DNA of 64,000 bases from Epithemia pelagica (GCA_946965045.2 OX337235.1:2542001-2606000), one strand, 5' to 3'; shown: positions 22,408-34,600, counted from the first letter of the stretch. Program-made: numbers and translations. Notes: generated by a model not told the origin, from the letters alone.

Positions 22408-25400
22408 AGAGGAGCTCTCTGATGAGGTTGAAGGGGAACAGTTTGATGCCATTGTACGTGGATGTCTGATCTGGAGTGGTGGTGTGGTGGAAAAATTGAT
22501 GGACTTGTCGGATCAAACTTTAGAACAGCTGATTGAACGACTCCTACATATTACAAACTACTACAAGCAGCAGAATGCAATCATACTACTCGAGGGGCAC
22601 TATAGCATCTAGCAGATCCTCACTTGCCAATGCATGTTCCGTGTCGATGGGTCGGTTTCCCCTGGATGGGTTTGTTGGAATCTATCCATCAAAGGATTTT
22701 CGTCAATCATACAAAGTTATGAATTGGACAGACCGAGTCCAAGAAGACTGTACTTCCCTGTTTGTGCTTCCTGCCGAGGGTCAAGTTCAAGGCTTTCTTG
22801 GTTTGCTCGCGACGATCTGAAAAGCACTCTTCATCGGGGTTTCTCTCATAGAACCCTTGCCAAGGAATTGGCACACCTGTGCTCAAAGCACAAATGGTAA
22901 ACAACAATGATGCATTATCGTGTTTCGGCATGGGACACCAAAACTTCTCGTTGGACTTTTGGTGCACTTCTCGATGGGCAAAGGCAAGGCTGCCTCGAAA
23001 ACCCTTGACTTTCTTGCCATGCCCACTAACCGAGCAACTCCAGTCAATGAGGACAAACTTGTCACAGCTCTTGTCAAAGATGATGTTTCGAGCACAGACA
23101 TCCAAATGGAAGACTTGCCGTTCATTTGCAAAGTTCAACGCTGACTGGATATCTGTGTATAGACACTGAAGTTGCTCCGTATTAAGCTTGCCATTGACGG
23201 GCGATCCTTTTGGTGAGAACTTGAGGGCAGGGACGTTGATCGTAGTTCCTCGAATCGTGTAGCAGATGCTTCCGAAGTCTTTAAGCACAGGAATCGACGG
23301 TGGGCGGGAGGCAGGATTTTCGTTTAGAGCCCTCAGAGCTCTTAGCTCCCTTTCGATGTATTGCACCTCCCCAACGACAGAAGACTTCACTACGAATCCA
23401 TCATGCTTTGTTCCTCCATTTTCCTCCTCCTTTCCTTGGTACACAATCCCATGCGTTCCATATCCAATGACATCATGAAGCTCTTGCCGTTTTACCGGTG
23501 AAACTTGTGTAGATTGATTGTGCACATGGTAGCTGGCCTTTGCTGACAAGTCTCCACCGAAGAACTGCAACCCAAGATCTGTGTCGTCCGAGCAAACCAG
23601 TCTGAACAGCTCCTGCATCCCGATCGGTACAGTCTCATTGTCGGCAGGAAAAGGACAAGAAGCATTATCCGTTAGATAGGTTTGGTCGCACTCTTTTGTG
23701 ACAAACTTCTTCAAGGCAACCTCCGAAACCAAGGGGAGCATTCCAGATTGCTCGACATCCAGGGACACGTCACCGGTTTCCATTCCTGACAAGGTCATTG
23801 TTATCACGTCCAAATACACCGGAGTGATAGCCAGAGCAATGGACTTGAGATTAATACCCACTCCACAAAGATTGAAGGCAACAAGAGTCCGCTTCGCCAG
23901 ATGACCTATGCATTGCTTCACGGCCTCCATATGCGTCTCTTGGGGGGTTTTCTTCCCGCGTATAACGTTTTTGGCTTCCACAGGTAATGACATTTCTTGA
24001 GCAAGAAGATAAGGATTGAATGCCATGAGCTGATTGACTTCATAATCGACAAATCGCTTGGTACCAGAACTACCCACTTTTGGAATATAGTTCTCCCTTC
24101 GCACATCGGATCGAACCGCCGGTTCCAATGTGTACTTGGCACCTTCCTGTTGCCTTGCCTGCACCACTGCTGCGGCCACCGCGACATCCTGCTCGTTTCT
24201 GTCTTCCTCGTCGGCAGTTTCCTCGGCCGTGCCGATGAGTGACAAGGTTCGAAACAGACACGCTAGGATAGGCTGCACCGTTTTCTTTTCCACTGCCGCG
24301 TAGGATGGAAACGTGTATTCTCTTTTCTTTTGCGTATTCCATCCGAGAATGTGACTGACAGTCTCGCTGATTTCTGTGTTTGTTGGTTCCTCATTGATAT
24401 TTGTCTGTTCCATGGTGTCATTCCAAAAAGAGGCAAACTTGTGCAAATTTGGAGGTATTAGTATATCTTTTTTTGGAGGGGGTAGTGTATCTTTTCTCGG
24501 AGCGGTGAGATGTTTCTCGATCACCTGCTGTTCAGGGGTAGGGCTGTCGATGTGAACACCCCTCATCATGTCCTTAAAATCCTCTTCGGTGCATTCATCC
24601 TCTGTTGCAATGGCGGTTGATTTTATCTCTGTTTGGTTTGCAAAAGCAGCCATGATCTCGAGCTCGTTCCGCACTCCTGACAACTTATCCAGGGTCTCTT
24701 GTAGTGGCAAGGCAACCTTGACACTCAGAAAACTACATAGATGGATAAAATCATGACTTGAACAACTTTGCAAGTCCTGGATATATGGTAACTCCTGGAT
24801 ATCCAAGTTGGGGAATCGAGCTTTTAGACGGTTTAGATTGTCACCCGAGAGGAACTCCTCCAGACTTTCGCTTTGTCCTTCTTCCAATTCACTTCGCCCA
24901 GACGCACGACCACGTGAATAAGCCTCTTTAGTGACACGTCTGACTTTTGCATTCACGTCTTCAATTTGAGCAATTGTTCCCTTGGTTTCTTTGGCATGGA
25001 AGGTATGCAAGTGGCGTGTCACAGAATCTTCGTCCGAGTCTTCTTCTCGATCGCCGAGATGATCGCTTTTGCGCTTCCTGGTCGTGGTCAGACTTGTCAT
25101 GGTTGCTCTCGTGTCCCGCTTTTTTGTAGGCCGTAGTCTGCAATTGCTGGCCGAGTGTGACGGTTGAAGGTATTTGCCATTGCCAATTGCCTTTCAAGGC
25201 AGAGACTTCATTGGGTGGGTCGTCATCCATTCTCGCAACAGCGCGATTTTTATGAGAACGGCACCACAAAATCGCTTCGCGCAATAGACGCGCGCGATTT
25301 TCATCATCACTATGTGCGACCGGGGCCATAAATTGAAAGGGATAGCAAGAGTAGTTCTGCTCCAGTTACCTCTACCTCTAGCTAGTAGGAGTAGGAGTAG

Positions 25401-25424
25401 GAGTACCTCTAGTTGATTAGTTAC
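22408..25424 (-). mobile_element. Putative inserted cassette carrying the REase-kinase gene between ~0.9-kb direct repeats
   Basis: 3017 bp of unique sequence bounded exactly by the two duplicate copies. No transposase and no terminal inverted repeats were seen, so mobility is inferred from structure only. Confidence 0.5.
22707..25100 (-). CDS. Crinkler-like effector: PD-(D/E)xK restriction-endonuclease fold plus C-terminal protein kinase
   Basis: Intronless 797 aa. Nuclease motifs EKKTVQPIL...RFVDYEV...LPVEAKN...AVKQCIGHL. Kinase motifs IGYGTHGIVY, VVK, ERELRAL, HLDVCARNII, LIDWS, FRGSLAF and HDNASLLF. Basic RKRK at the N-terminus. Confidence 0.78.
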   Translation of the reverse strand: MTSLTTTRKRKSDHLGDREEDSDEDSVTRHLHTFHAKETKGTIAQIEDVNAKVRRVTKEAYSRGRASGRSELEEGQSESLEEFLSGDNLNRLKARFPNLDIQELPYIQDLQSCSSHDFIHLCSFLSVKVALPLQETLDKLSGVRNELEIMAAFANQTEIKSTAIATEDECTEEDFKDMMRGVHIDSPTPEQQVIEKHLTAPRKDTLPPPKKDILIPPNLHKFASFWNDTMEQTNINEEPTNTEISETVSHILGWNTQKKREYTFPSYAAVEKKTVQPILACLFRTLSLIGTAEETADEEDRNEQDVAVAAAVVQARQQEGAKYTLEPAVRSDVRRENYIPKVGSSGTKRFVDYEVNQLMAFNPYLLAQEMSLPVEAKNVIRGKKTPQETHMEAVKQCIGHLAKRTLVAFNLCGVGINLKSIALAITPVYLDVITMTLSGMETGDVSLDVEQSGMLPLVSEVALKKFVTKECDQTYLTDNASCPFPADNETVPIGMQELFRLVCSDDTDLGLQFFGGDLSAKASYHVHNQSTQVSPVKRQELHDVIGYGTHGIVYQGKEEENGGTKHDGFVVKSSVVGEVQYIERELRALRALNENPASRPPSIPVLKDFGSICYTIRGTTINVPALKFSPKGSPVNGKLNTEQLQCLYTDIQSALNFANERQVFHLDVCARNIIFDKSCDKFVLIDWSCSVSGHGKKVKGFRGSLAFAHREVHQKSNEKFWCPMPKHDNASLLFTICALSTGVPIPWQGFYERNPDEECFSDRREQTKKALNLTLGRKHKQGSTVFLDSVCPIHNFV

Positions 25425-26396
25425 GACGAAACCAACAGTCAAGAGGACGGGAGCGATCGTTCGACTTGTAATTGAGAATCTCAAGCAGAAGTCTAGCTCA
25501 AATGGGCGGACAAGTTTGTCTTCTCGAGGAAACAATCCAAACAATGGAAAGCATCTCGGCGATTTATGCACAAAACTACGCGCAACATTAAACTTGATGG
25601 TGAGTTATACTGTTCTACAGTCTTATGCACTACAACGCAATTATTCTGATGGGGGTTAGGGTTCCAAACCTTGACTACAAACACAGTCGCATGTCTGAAA
25701 GGAATCAGCACCACCGTCTCGTTAGTCGGTCGCAACGACGGGGTCCTCCTCCTCCTGCGTCCGGGGACGACACGAATCAATGGTGACGCGAAAGATGCGC
25801 TTTTTGGAAACTTTTTTCCACGGCAGACACAAGAGTATACCACGGGCTTGACCCGACTCGAGCTTATCGTGGTATTGTCCAACTTCGTCCAATGCCACCC
25901 GATGGACAATGTTTGGTTTTATTTTCTTGGTCTGCAAGGATTGGAACAATGTTTCGACATTTCTCTGTAGGGGTTATAATAACAAGAACGATAAAAATGC
26001 ATTTTGTCAGTACGACAATAACTCATTCTCCAAGTGCTTTTTTAGAACTGTGCAGACTAGGACACATACCTTATAGGCCTCTGGATCGCTTCTGTAGCTT
26101 TTCCACAGATCGACCACTTTGATGTTGGAGGAGAACATGGTTTGGAACCGATCCAAGTGTGCCGAAAGGGGAGCCCCAAACATGCCCATTCGTTGTTTCA
26201 AGAGGGAAGACTTGCCATAGCATACCAGAGAATGATCTGGTTTCAGACTGGCCAAAACGGCGGGAGACACTGTGTGGCCCACGCCGTCAAAGACCATGTC
26301 CATTTGACCTTGAAGTTCGGCGGGCCATTCCTCGGGGTTTTCGGGCAGGGGTTTGGCTCCCAGACTGGTTTTGATGTACAAGTGTCGATTTTCCGG
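25425..26396. repeat. Direct duplication, copy 2 (contains the functional MDR 3' exons and a dead TM9SF 3' end)
   Basis: Begins gacgaaaccaacagtcaagagg and ends gtcgattttccgg. Colinear with 21522-22407. Confidence 0.95.
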
Positions 26397-27624
26397 TGCC
26401 GTCACATAGACCTCGGCCTTGGCGCGTTTGCACCAATCGACGAGGGCATGGCCGACTCCATCCATGCCTCCAATGACGAGTACTTTTTGGTCGTCCATGG
26501 AAAACAACAAGTGTCGTCGAGAACCCAATTTCAAGCAATGGAGGGCTGTGGCATAAATGGAAACCATGCACACGGCTTCTTCTGGACCAATCTTGCGGGG
26601 GACGGGAATAATGGAATCGACGGGGACACTAATGAATCGACCATTCCCACCCGTACGGACCAATCCCACGACCAGTGCTCCCAGGGGAATCCTGTCGTCC
26701 GTGACGTGGTTGCCTCGGGCCACGACATGACCGGCAAAGTCATGGCCCGGTGTGACGGGCAAACTAACGGGATCCATCATGTTAAAGTCAAATCCACGTC
26801 GTAAGATACAATCTTGCATGGAGATTGTGGACGCCTGTTGAGGTACAGTGTATGTTAGATGACGATCATTATGCAGCAATAGAGAGAGACACAGAGTATG
26901 ATCCACACAGTTTGATCCACCAACGTACCACAATCTTGACCACCACATGATTGTCATTTTTGGGCACAATGGGGCCTGCTTCTCGTTGTTCCACCCGAAT
27001 GGATTCATAGGGTGATCCTCCAAAGGCTCGATAGACGGCCTGTCGTTGTTTGGACATGTCTTGTGGACTGCTGCTGATGCTGCTTGGTGCATCTTTCCCG
27101 CCATGGTTCCCCCGTGTAGTAGTAGTAGTAGTAGTATTGTTGTTCCCCGGTTGTTCAGTATGATGGTGGTCCCCTGCTGGAGATGGTTCTCCTTTTCGAC
27201 CAAGAAGTCTCCAATCACGTTTGGAGGTAGATCGGGCATGTTCGTTGTTGGAGGACTCGTGCGACGCATCGGCTTTCTCCTTGTTGTTGTTGTTACGACG
27301 GCTACGCGAGGTGGACGCACTCCGACGACGATCCGCTCGAGTGCTGGTGGTTGTCGGGTCTGTGTTCTCATCGTCTGTGGTTTCCGTGGATGGTGTTTTG
27401 TGAAGGGGTGGCCAAAACTTGCTTTTCCCTCCTCGACCCGACGACTGCTTTGTGTGGTCGTCGCTTGTTGTTTTTTGGACCACCGTTGTGCTGTGGTCGG
27501 TGGACTCTTGGTCCTTGTAATTCTTCTTTTGATGTCCTTGAAAGTTGACGGAAAGACCACCAAACATCCAGGACACGTCGTCGTCGTCGTCGGATTGTTT
27601 CGAGCGTGTTGTTTCCGTTGTCAT
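25722..27624 (-). CDS. MDR-family (quinone oxidoreductase/VAT-1-like) NAD(P)-dependent oxidoreductase, 3 exons: 27624-26929, 26834-26070, 25964-25722
   Basis: HVVVKIV|ASTISMQD...TPGHDFAGHV...GGNGRFI...EAVCMVSIYATA...VLVIGGMDGVGHAL...YK|RNVETLF...ARGILLCLPW. GT-AG introns 26928-26835 and 26069-25965. Confidence 0.87.
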
Positions 27625-28433
27625 GATTGCGAACAACAACAAGTGCCCTAAAGATTCACTTAGTCACGTTGTGGCTTTTGGATGAAACAGGAATCACCAA
27701 CACTACACTTCAAAAGAGTGATAGAACCAATCCAGTGAATGCTTCCAGTGCGTGTGATCAGGTTTTGCAGGTTGTTGGTTTGTTGGAGTAGTGGTTTGTT
27801 ACGCAAGGATGCGTTCCATTTCCATCGCTTCATTTGGTGGCGGCCCAAAAATTCAATCTCAACGAGCTCTTCTGTATTGTACTCTACGAAGGAGTAGGAG
27901 TTGATCCACATCCGAGTTGTGGTACACTATCAAAAAGTTGCGCTGTACACTTATGTACGCAAACGACCCAACCAAGACCAAAAGGGTCCGTTTATGCCTC
28001 TCCGTAATTAGCGACACAAGTTATATATAAGTACGACTGGGATGCACGCGCACCTCCATAGTATCACTGTAGTTAACTGATAGAGCTATTGGTCTTGTTC
28101 CTGCAGCGAGAAGGGCGATTCCGTTTCCTACAACTCCCAATCGCTTGTGTCATAAACTTACTTACGCGATGCATAGAAATACCATGATGCACAGTTTGGA
28201 ATGGAGAACCAGCTGAACCTTGTAGGTACTCTTAAACGGTCTATCGCAGCTACGAATAGATACGGGCATCGTTGGAGGGAGTCTCGCGTCCATCACCCTC
28301 ACCCTCACCCTCACCACGACTTCAAGAGAGGAATGTTGGAAGAAAAGAGACACCAAGAGTGCAATTCTTCCATTCCCACGGACAGTGCACAACCCAAACG
28401 TTTGTGTGAATCTCCTCGAACATCATCATCATC

Positions 28434-30788
28434 ATGGCAGTTGGTGCCGAACCCAACGCGGCTTCGTTGGTCGAACAAACCAAACAAGAAGCCAACACCA
28501 TTGATCGTCAAAGCCATGGAAGAAGCAGTCCGAAAAATGCCCCCTCGTCGACCAATCCACCACAGTCGGGCTGGTTTTGGGGAGACCATCACCACCACCA
28601 CCATGCTTGCTTGGGAGACGACTCCTCGGTCAATGATTTTCATCTGGTACTTTCCTGTGACTCGATCCAGTTTCTCCAAGAGTTTCAACAACCTTTTCAA
28701 AATGCCAAGCAACTTCCGAATCTGGTATTGCAATTTGGTATGAAAATGGCGTATGGATTCGATCGATTGGGACACTGTGGCAAGGACAGTGATGATGACA
28801 AAAAGAGTCCTGCTGCTGGTTCTGCTAGTGGCTCTGTCACCACCCATGGTACGACTCCTCCAACCGTGATGCATCCCCAAACCAGCAGCAGTAACACTGT
28901 TGGAGAGGCAATGGCAGCTCGTAGCAGTACTAGTACTTGTTTTACCACCAGTCCCTTGGAGGAGAACCAAGAACCTCAAGAAGGAGAAGATAACGAACCG
29001 AGTCTGGCCTCGCTGGCCTATTCGCGTGTCTCGCAGGAAACTGCCCAAGTGCTCCAAGATGCATCGCACTTGTGCAGCAGTATTTACACGGGAACCGTAC
29101 AGCGATTGGAATGTCGACCAACCACCACCACCCACACGACCGAGACACCAGTCACGTCGTCGTCGTCCAAGCATGACCCTACTTCTACAACAAAGCCAAA
29201 CTCGATTGGACAACAAGAAGGCGATTTGCCAACCAAAACGAACGACACACCAAGACAAGTGGTGGTGGAACCCATGGACGAAGGCGGGTCTTCCTGTTCC
29301 TTTGGTTCCACGGCCTTGTACTCTTTGATTCGACGACACCAGTCCACAACTCACCACCACGAACAAAGCTACCTCATGTCTTTTTCCAACAGTATTCTCG
29401 CCTCCTATCCAACCCGAGCTTCTCAGTCGCTTGTACAAGACGACATTGTGGAACACAACCATTACTACAGTACCACGACAACGACGACGACATGCTCCAC
29501 CGTCCCAAATAATACTACTACGACTATACCGGTACGAGAAGCATCCTATCCAAAACCAATGGGGTTCTCCTGTGGATTCACACTACCCACCGACCATGAA
29601 AAGATCCATGAAGAGGCATCCCCACCAGCTCCATGCGAACCAGTGCAAGCCGACGGAACCAAGGTTCTTTTAATGAAAGTTCCTAGCAACAATGTAGAAA
29701 TCTGTTTGGAACAAGACAGCGCCCCGCCAAAAGAAGAGTCCCGTGTGAAGATCGACGAGAACGTCGTGGATACATCAGACCACGACAAGGACAAGGACAA
29801 GTCGACATCCCAACATGTTCCACGCATGTCGTCTTCTCCTCCGTTCATGACAAAACCACTTTCATATGACAACTCCGCCAAGATTTGCTCTCGCTCCTCT
29901 TCCGCACGTCCAGCAAATAGTCGAAACAATGGTGAACCTGTGGTGGTCCATGATGACACTCCACTGGAAACAGAGAGCTTCTTTTCATGCCAGAGCGATC
30001 CTGGATCTTCCTCCGGCGGTACAACAACTACGAGCTCCTCGGACGTCTTTTCGTCCGTCCTTTCATCGGTCCCCGACATGCCCTCCCAGGATGCACGCCC
30101 TCCTTCTGATTCTGAACTTGTTGCCTCTACCAAAACACAATTGTTGTTGGCCAACTTGAAATTGGGCCCAGCCATGCGTGAATTTTATGGCAAACGTATC
30201 AACAACGAACAACAACAACAACCACAAGCCATTTTTCCCAGCAACGACGATGTGGAATTGGTCTTGTACAAAGACGGGACGGAAACACGAGTGGGTCTTC
30301 GGCCGCGAACCTCGACCGAAACAAAGGACATGATCAAGAATAATAGTAATAAGAAGAAGAAGCATCGAATCCGGCACAGCACCATGGATCGTTCCTCCCT
30401 GCGGGTACAAAGACGACAAGCTCTCAACCTGAAACAAAGCGCCAGTGACGCAAGTGGACAGTCGTTTGTGGAACTCTTGCGGCAAAGCACCGATTCGATT
30501 GACCGGATCGTGCAAAAACTTGGTCATGCTCATGAAACTGACAAGGACAAACAGCAGCAACACAAGGAGGAGAAGGGGGATGAAAGTTCTCAAACCTTGT
30601 CTACGCAGTCTACTCATGACGGTACTTGTTCGTCCTCCAGTGACAACGATTCAGAAGACGACGAAGAACAAGAGTACTACGATGCAATCTCGGACGCTCC
30701 CGTGTCCTACAAACACCGTGCATTGGAGTCCAATCCCAGAAGCCCCTTGGACCGATTTCTGTCGTTTGCCCGTGCACCACGCTCTTGA
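28434..30788 (+). CDS. Low-complexity S/T/D-rich protein, unknown function
   Basis: 784-aa uninterrupted ORF with no recognisable domain. Confidence 0.65.
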   Translation: MAVGAEPNAASLVEQTKQEANTIDRQSHGRSSPKNAPSSTNPPQSGWFWGDHHHHHHACLGDDSSVNDFHLVLSCDSIQFLQEFQQPFQNAKQLPNLVLQFGMKMAYGFDRLGHCGKDSDDDKKSPAAGSASGSVTTHGTTPPTVMHPQTSSSNTVGEAMAARSSTSTCFTTSPLEENQEPQEGEDNEPSLASLAYSRVSQETAQVLQDASHLCSSIYTGTVQRLECRPTTTTHTTETPVTSSSSKHDPTSTTKPNSIGQQEGDLPTKTNDTPRQVVVEPMDEGGSSCSFGSTALYSLIRRHQSTTHHHEQSYLMSFSNSILASYPTRASQSLVQDDIVEHNHYYSTTTTTTTCSTVPNNTTTTIPVREASYPKPMGFSCGFTLPTDHEKIHEEASPPAPCEPVQADGTKVLLMKVPSNNVEICLEQDSAPPKEESRVKIDENVVDTSDHDKDKDKSTSQHVPRMSSSPPFMTKPLSYDNSAKICSRSSSARPANSRNNGEPVVVHDDTPLETESFFSCQSDPGSSSGGTTTTSSSDVFSSVLSSVPDMPSQDARPPSDSELVASTKTQLLLANLKLGPAMREFYGKRINNEQQQQPQAIFPSNDDVELVLYKDGTETRVGLRPRTSTETKDMIKNNSNKKKKHRIRHSTMDRSSLRVQRRQALNLKQSASDASGQSFVELLRQSTDSIDRIVQKLGHAHETDKDKQQQHKEEKGDESSQTLSTQSTHDGTCSSSSDNDSEDDEEQEYYDAISDAPVSYKHRALESNPRSPLDRFLSFARAPRS

Positions 30789-31644
30789 CTAGTAGTATGA
30801 CACTCTATACAAGCTATCTAATGTTCAATAGTTTTGGAGTTTCCCTCAAGACCGGATGATGTGTATGTTGTTGAATGGGAAAGGTGAAATCTCTGCATGT
30901 CGACTTGTCTGAGGATTTCGTTCGCTCTATAGGAATGCGCTTGGTCCGTTGATCTGTGTCAGCACTTTTCTTGTCACTCAACCCATTTTGTGGCTTCCAT
31001 GATTCTTGGACATAAAAGCTATTTGGCTTCTTTGGAATGTCATTGTGAAAATGTGGGGGAAGATCCGCACATCTGCTTCCGGACGAGAATAAATTTTGGA
31101 AATTTGCAAGCTGTCGCTGTCGCGCACCGAGACCGACGCCCGTATGTGACGGGCTTAACACCAAGAAATCTCTCTCCATTATTGCCTACACGTGCATGCG
31201 AGTAAGGCAATTATAAAGGATCGCTTCTAGCACGCTTTTTAATATGCCCTTTATGTCACAGCATGGGTCGAAAGATTCTTGCCCTTCGCCTTACTATAGC
31301 GCATATTGTACTATGCTTTTATTTATTGTATCAAATTGTACTACAAATCAATGCTATTTTGTGTAGGTCGCAAGCGTATCGGCGATCTAAAAAGGCGATG
31401 CCTCATAAAATAGGTTGTCCGGAATTCTCGCCCATTGCAGAAGCTCGCTCCAAGGACCGACGGAGCATCCCGAAGCAACAACCAGAGCAAGTAGGAAGCA
31501 AAGAGAGACTCAATCCAATCCAATCCAATCCAATCGATCTCTGAGTGTCATTGGTGACAACAACAAAGAGTCAAGCAGAAGAGATTGGTTCTTATTTTGG
31601 ATTCTGTGGGTTTTGTCGGGAGAGAAGCGGTTGTTCGAATCGAA

Positions 31645-34600
31645 ATGAGAAACTTTACTCCGTTTCGCAAAAAGAATGCGTACAAAGGCATTGACGCGGA
31701 CATGCTTCCCCTGAACGGATCTCGTACCAAAGATGATGGTACTGCAGCGTCCGGTGGATCGGGAAGGTTACCAAACCACGGCATGGAAAGCTTTTTCAAT
31801 ATCGAGTCTACGACACCTTTTGGCGGTGCTGCCGCCGTAGCGGCGGGTGCTCCGGAACTTGTCAATGCGAGCAGTTCTCGAAATAGTATGGAAGATAATG
31901 TGGCAAGTTCAACTCTGGTGGGGCGCAATGCTCCTACTACGACGGCAACTTCGCGACGACGAGCTCCTACACCGTCACGGATTTTTGTGCATGACATTGT
32001 GGTCAAACCATCTTTGGAGGGAGAAGAACCCACCGAACAACCGCCCATGTACAATGAATCCCTGTACATTCCGACCGACTCTCCTATCGTGGCACAACAG
32101 TCACAACCGCGAAAGACGCTTCAACAGCAAGTAACACATAATTCGGGAGGGAGAGAGTCTCCGAATCTCAATTTCTCCAATAACAATACTACCGGAGCCA
32201 ATGCGCTACTCGAATCCATGTCTTCGTTCAACGAAAACAAAAATGTCACTCGACGCATCTTTTTTGCCTACACAGAAGAAGAGGACGGAGAAAGTCGGAA
32301 CGATCGCGACCAAAATCGTGCGGAAAATTCTCCACCATTGGACCCTTCCCAAGAACCGCCCATCACCACCACCACCACCAGGGCCTCGCCGCCACCACCA
32401 CCTCCGCCGCCGCCGCCGCCACCACCTCCTCCACCACTGCCATCGAGGAGAGCTGAATCACCCGTGGGTATGGAAGGAAAACTGCTGAAAAAAGACAAGA
32501 GCAGCAATAAACGCAACAAGAAGAAACTATCTGTGGACATTCCAAAGAACGACAGTCGAGAGGAACATGGACGAAAAGACGACGACCAACCGCAAGCAGC
32601 TTTGGATCCTTCCAACAACACTCATAACAAAGATATATGCCCTCCTCCCATGCAAAAGACAAAGATCTCCCTTTCTGCACAAGAATATCTTCTCTCCAGG
32701 GAAGAGCCCTATCTGACGAAACTTGTGGAGAATGACGATCGCGATCCCGACACAAGGGCTACGGATGCTGCACAGCCTGGATTTCCGGGGGAAAGTCAGT
32801 ACAATCGACATGCGAGGCTCTTGACAGACATGTTGGACACGGACACGGAGTGTGAAGAGATTGTCTTTTCGGACTCGCGTCGCAGTGACAATTCGAGCTG
32901 TGAGGACAATGTCAATCACCACAAGTCCTTGATCAAAAACAAACTTCCCAAACTCACAGTTCCACTGGTACCTCCCACAACAAGCACCACAAAGAAGGAA
33001 AAGAGTAGGAGCGATGCCATGGGAAAATCATCACGATCAAGGAACCCTTTACCCACATCCATATCCATTGTAGCAAAGATTCAAGCAAGGCCACAATCAC
33101 CTCAACGGGAAGAGCGCCCAGTCGTCGAACAGCCGAAAACCCCAAAGCAACAAGTGTCGCTGGAAAAGAAGCAGTCTGCCGTTACCAATCCAGCTCCTCA
33201 GCAGCACAATTCGGTCAGGAGAGGTCCGTCACCAACCTTGACAAAGAGCCCATTGATGGAACGGGAATATATTTCAACTACCAACAATACCAAGAAGGAC
33301 CCACCAGCACAAAACCAGACGTCAATGAATAACCAACCCATGGCGGCCTCTGAAAATAAGAAAGAACCAATGCTACGAGACGCTCAGTTGGTTCCGAAAG
33401 AAAAAATGGTTCACTCGGGTCAACAAAACATTGACGAGGATCACAGGATTACCGTTCTTGATGGTCCAGGTTCACCAGTCTCTTCTCAATCGCTGGATCG
33501 AATCCTCGACGAATCCATGTCCTCAGAAGAGGAGAAGACTGTCCCCCCTGCACCCCTTGAAGTCCCTACTGTTCAAGTTGAATCGAATCCAGCCGAAAGT
33601 CTCTTGGGACCACTGGATCAGCCTCTTTCGGAAGAAGACGAATTTCTGGCTACCACAATGCGTGCCAAGCAAGAGGCCAGTCGGGCCAACGTTGGTATTC
33701 TGAGGAAAGACGTCCCTGTCAATGGTGGTCGACGTGAGATTTCTAGCTCTTCGCCTTCGTCGTCTTTGGAAGAGATTTTCTCAGAGCCTGAAGAAGATGA
33801 AGTCGATGACAAGAAAAGAGACCCTCCGAAAGAAAATGGATCTGAGTCGAAACAGCAGAAACTATCCATTCCGTCCGATCCTGTGACTCTCAGTAATCTC
33901 AAGAAAGTGTTTGGATCACCTCTGAGTCCCCTGTCGAGATTCGGATCAGCTCTCAGTCCCCTATCGAGAGAGAATATCGAGATCATTAATGGAACGAGAC
34001 AAGAGAGTCTTCCCTCGGGTTCGTTGAGTCTGAACCTGAATCAAATTATTGAGTACTATGCAGGCGCTGAGAACCACCCCCAAAGCCCCTCGTCCCTGGG
34101 TTCGGAGTCCCATGATACGAAATCACCCAGAAGCCCGGTTGTACACTCTCCGTTAGCTTTCATGACAAGATCATCTGCGAATTCGGCAAAGCTTAAGCAA
34201 CGTTCACCAATATCTCCCAGTTTCTCGCCTGGCCAAAAAGATGCATATCAAAATGCTCTCAGGCAGCAACTAGAAGTCGCCTATACGGGCCATCCAGGCG
34301 GTCCTGGGCGTTTCATGGCGACAACCCGTCGATTTTCGAACTCTCCGAGCAGGAGCGCCAAGCGCAGATCCCGGACCATGCCGACAAAGCCACTCTCACC
34401 TCTATCCGCTATGGTGAAGCATAGATCAGCTGAACTAAAATTATCGCCCATAGCCAAATTGGAAAAAGTGGGATCTCCGACAAATGGTGGAGACTACATA
34501 ACGGGGCCGATTTCCCCAATAAGCAGCCTATCTCCAACAGCTTCAACACATGAATATATTCTCGCTTCGCTAAGGAATGTTCCCCGTCCTGTCGGAAAGG

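Noticed and set aside
25651-25663. GGGGGTTAGGGTT as an interstitial telomere
   Set aside because: Only about two partial units, which is expected by chance.
28311-29462. 383-aa minus-strand ORF (similarly 13450-14208, 37458-38622 and 61022-62297)
   Set aside because: Each overlaps a better-supported gene on the opposite strand and has shadow-like composition.
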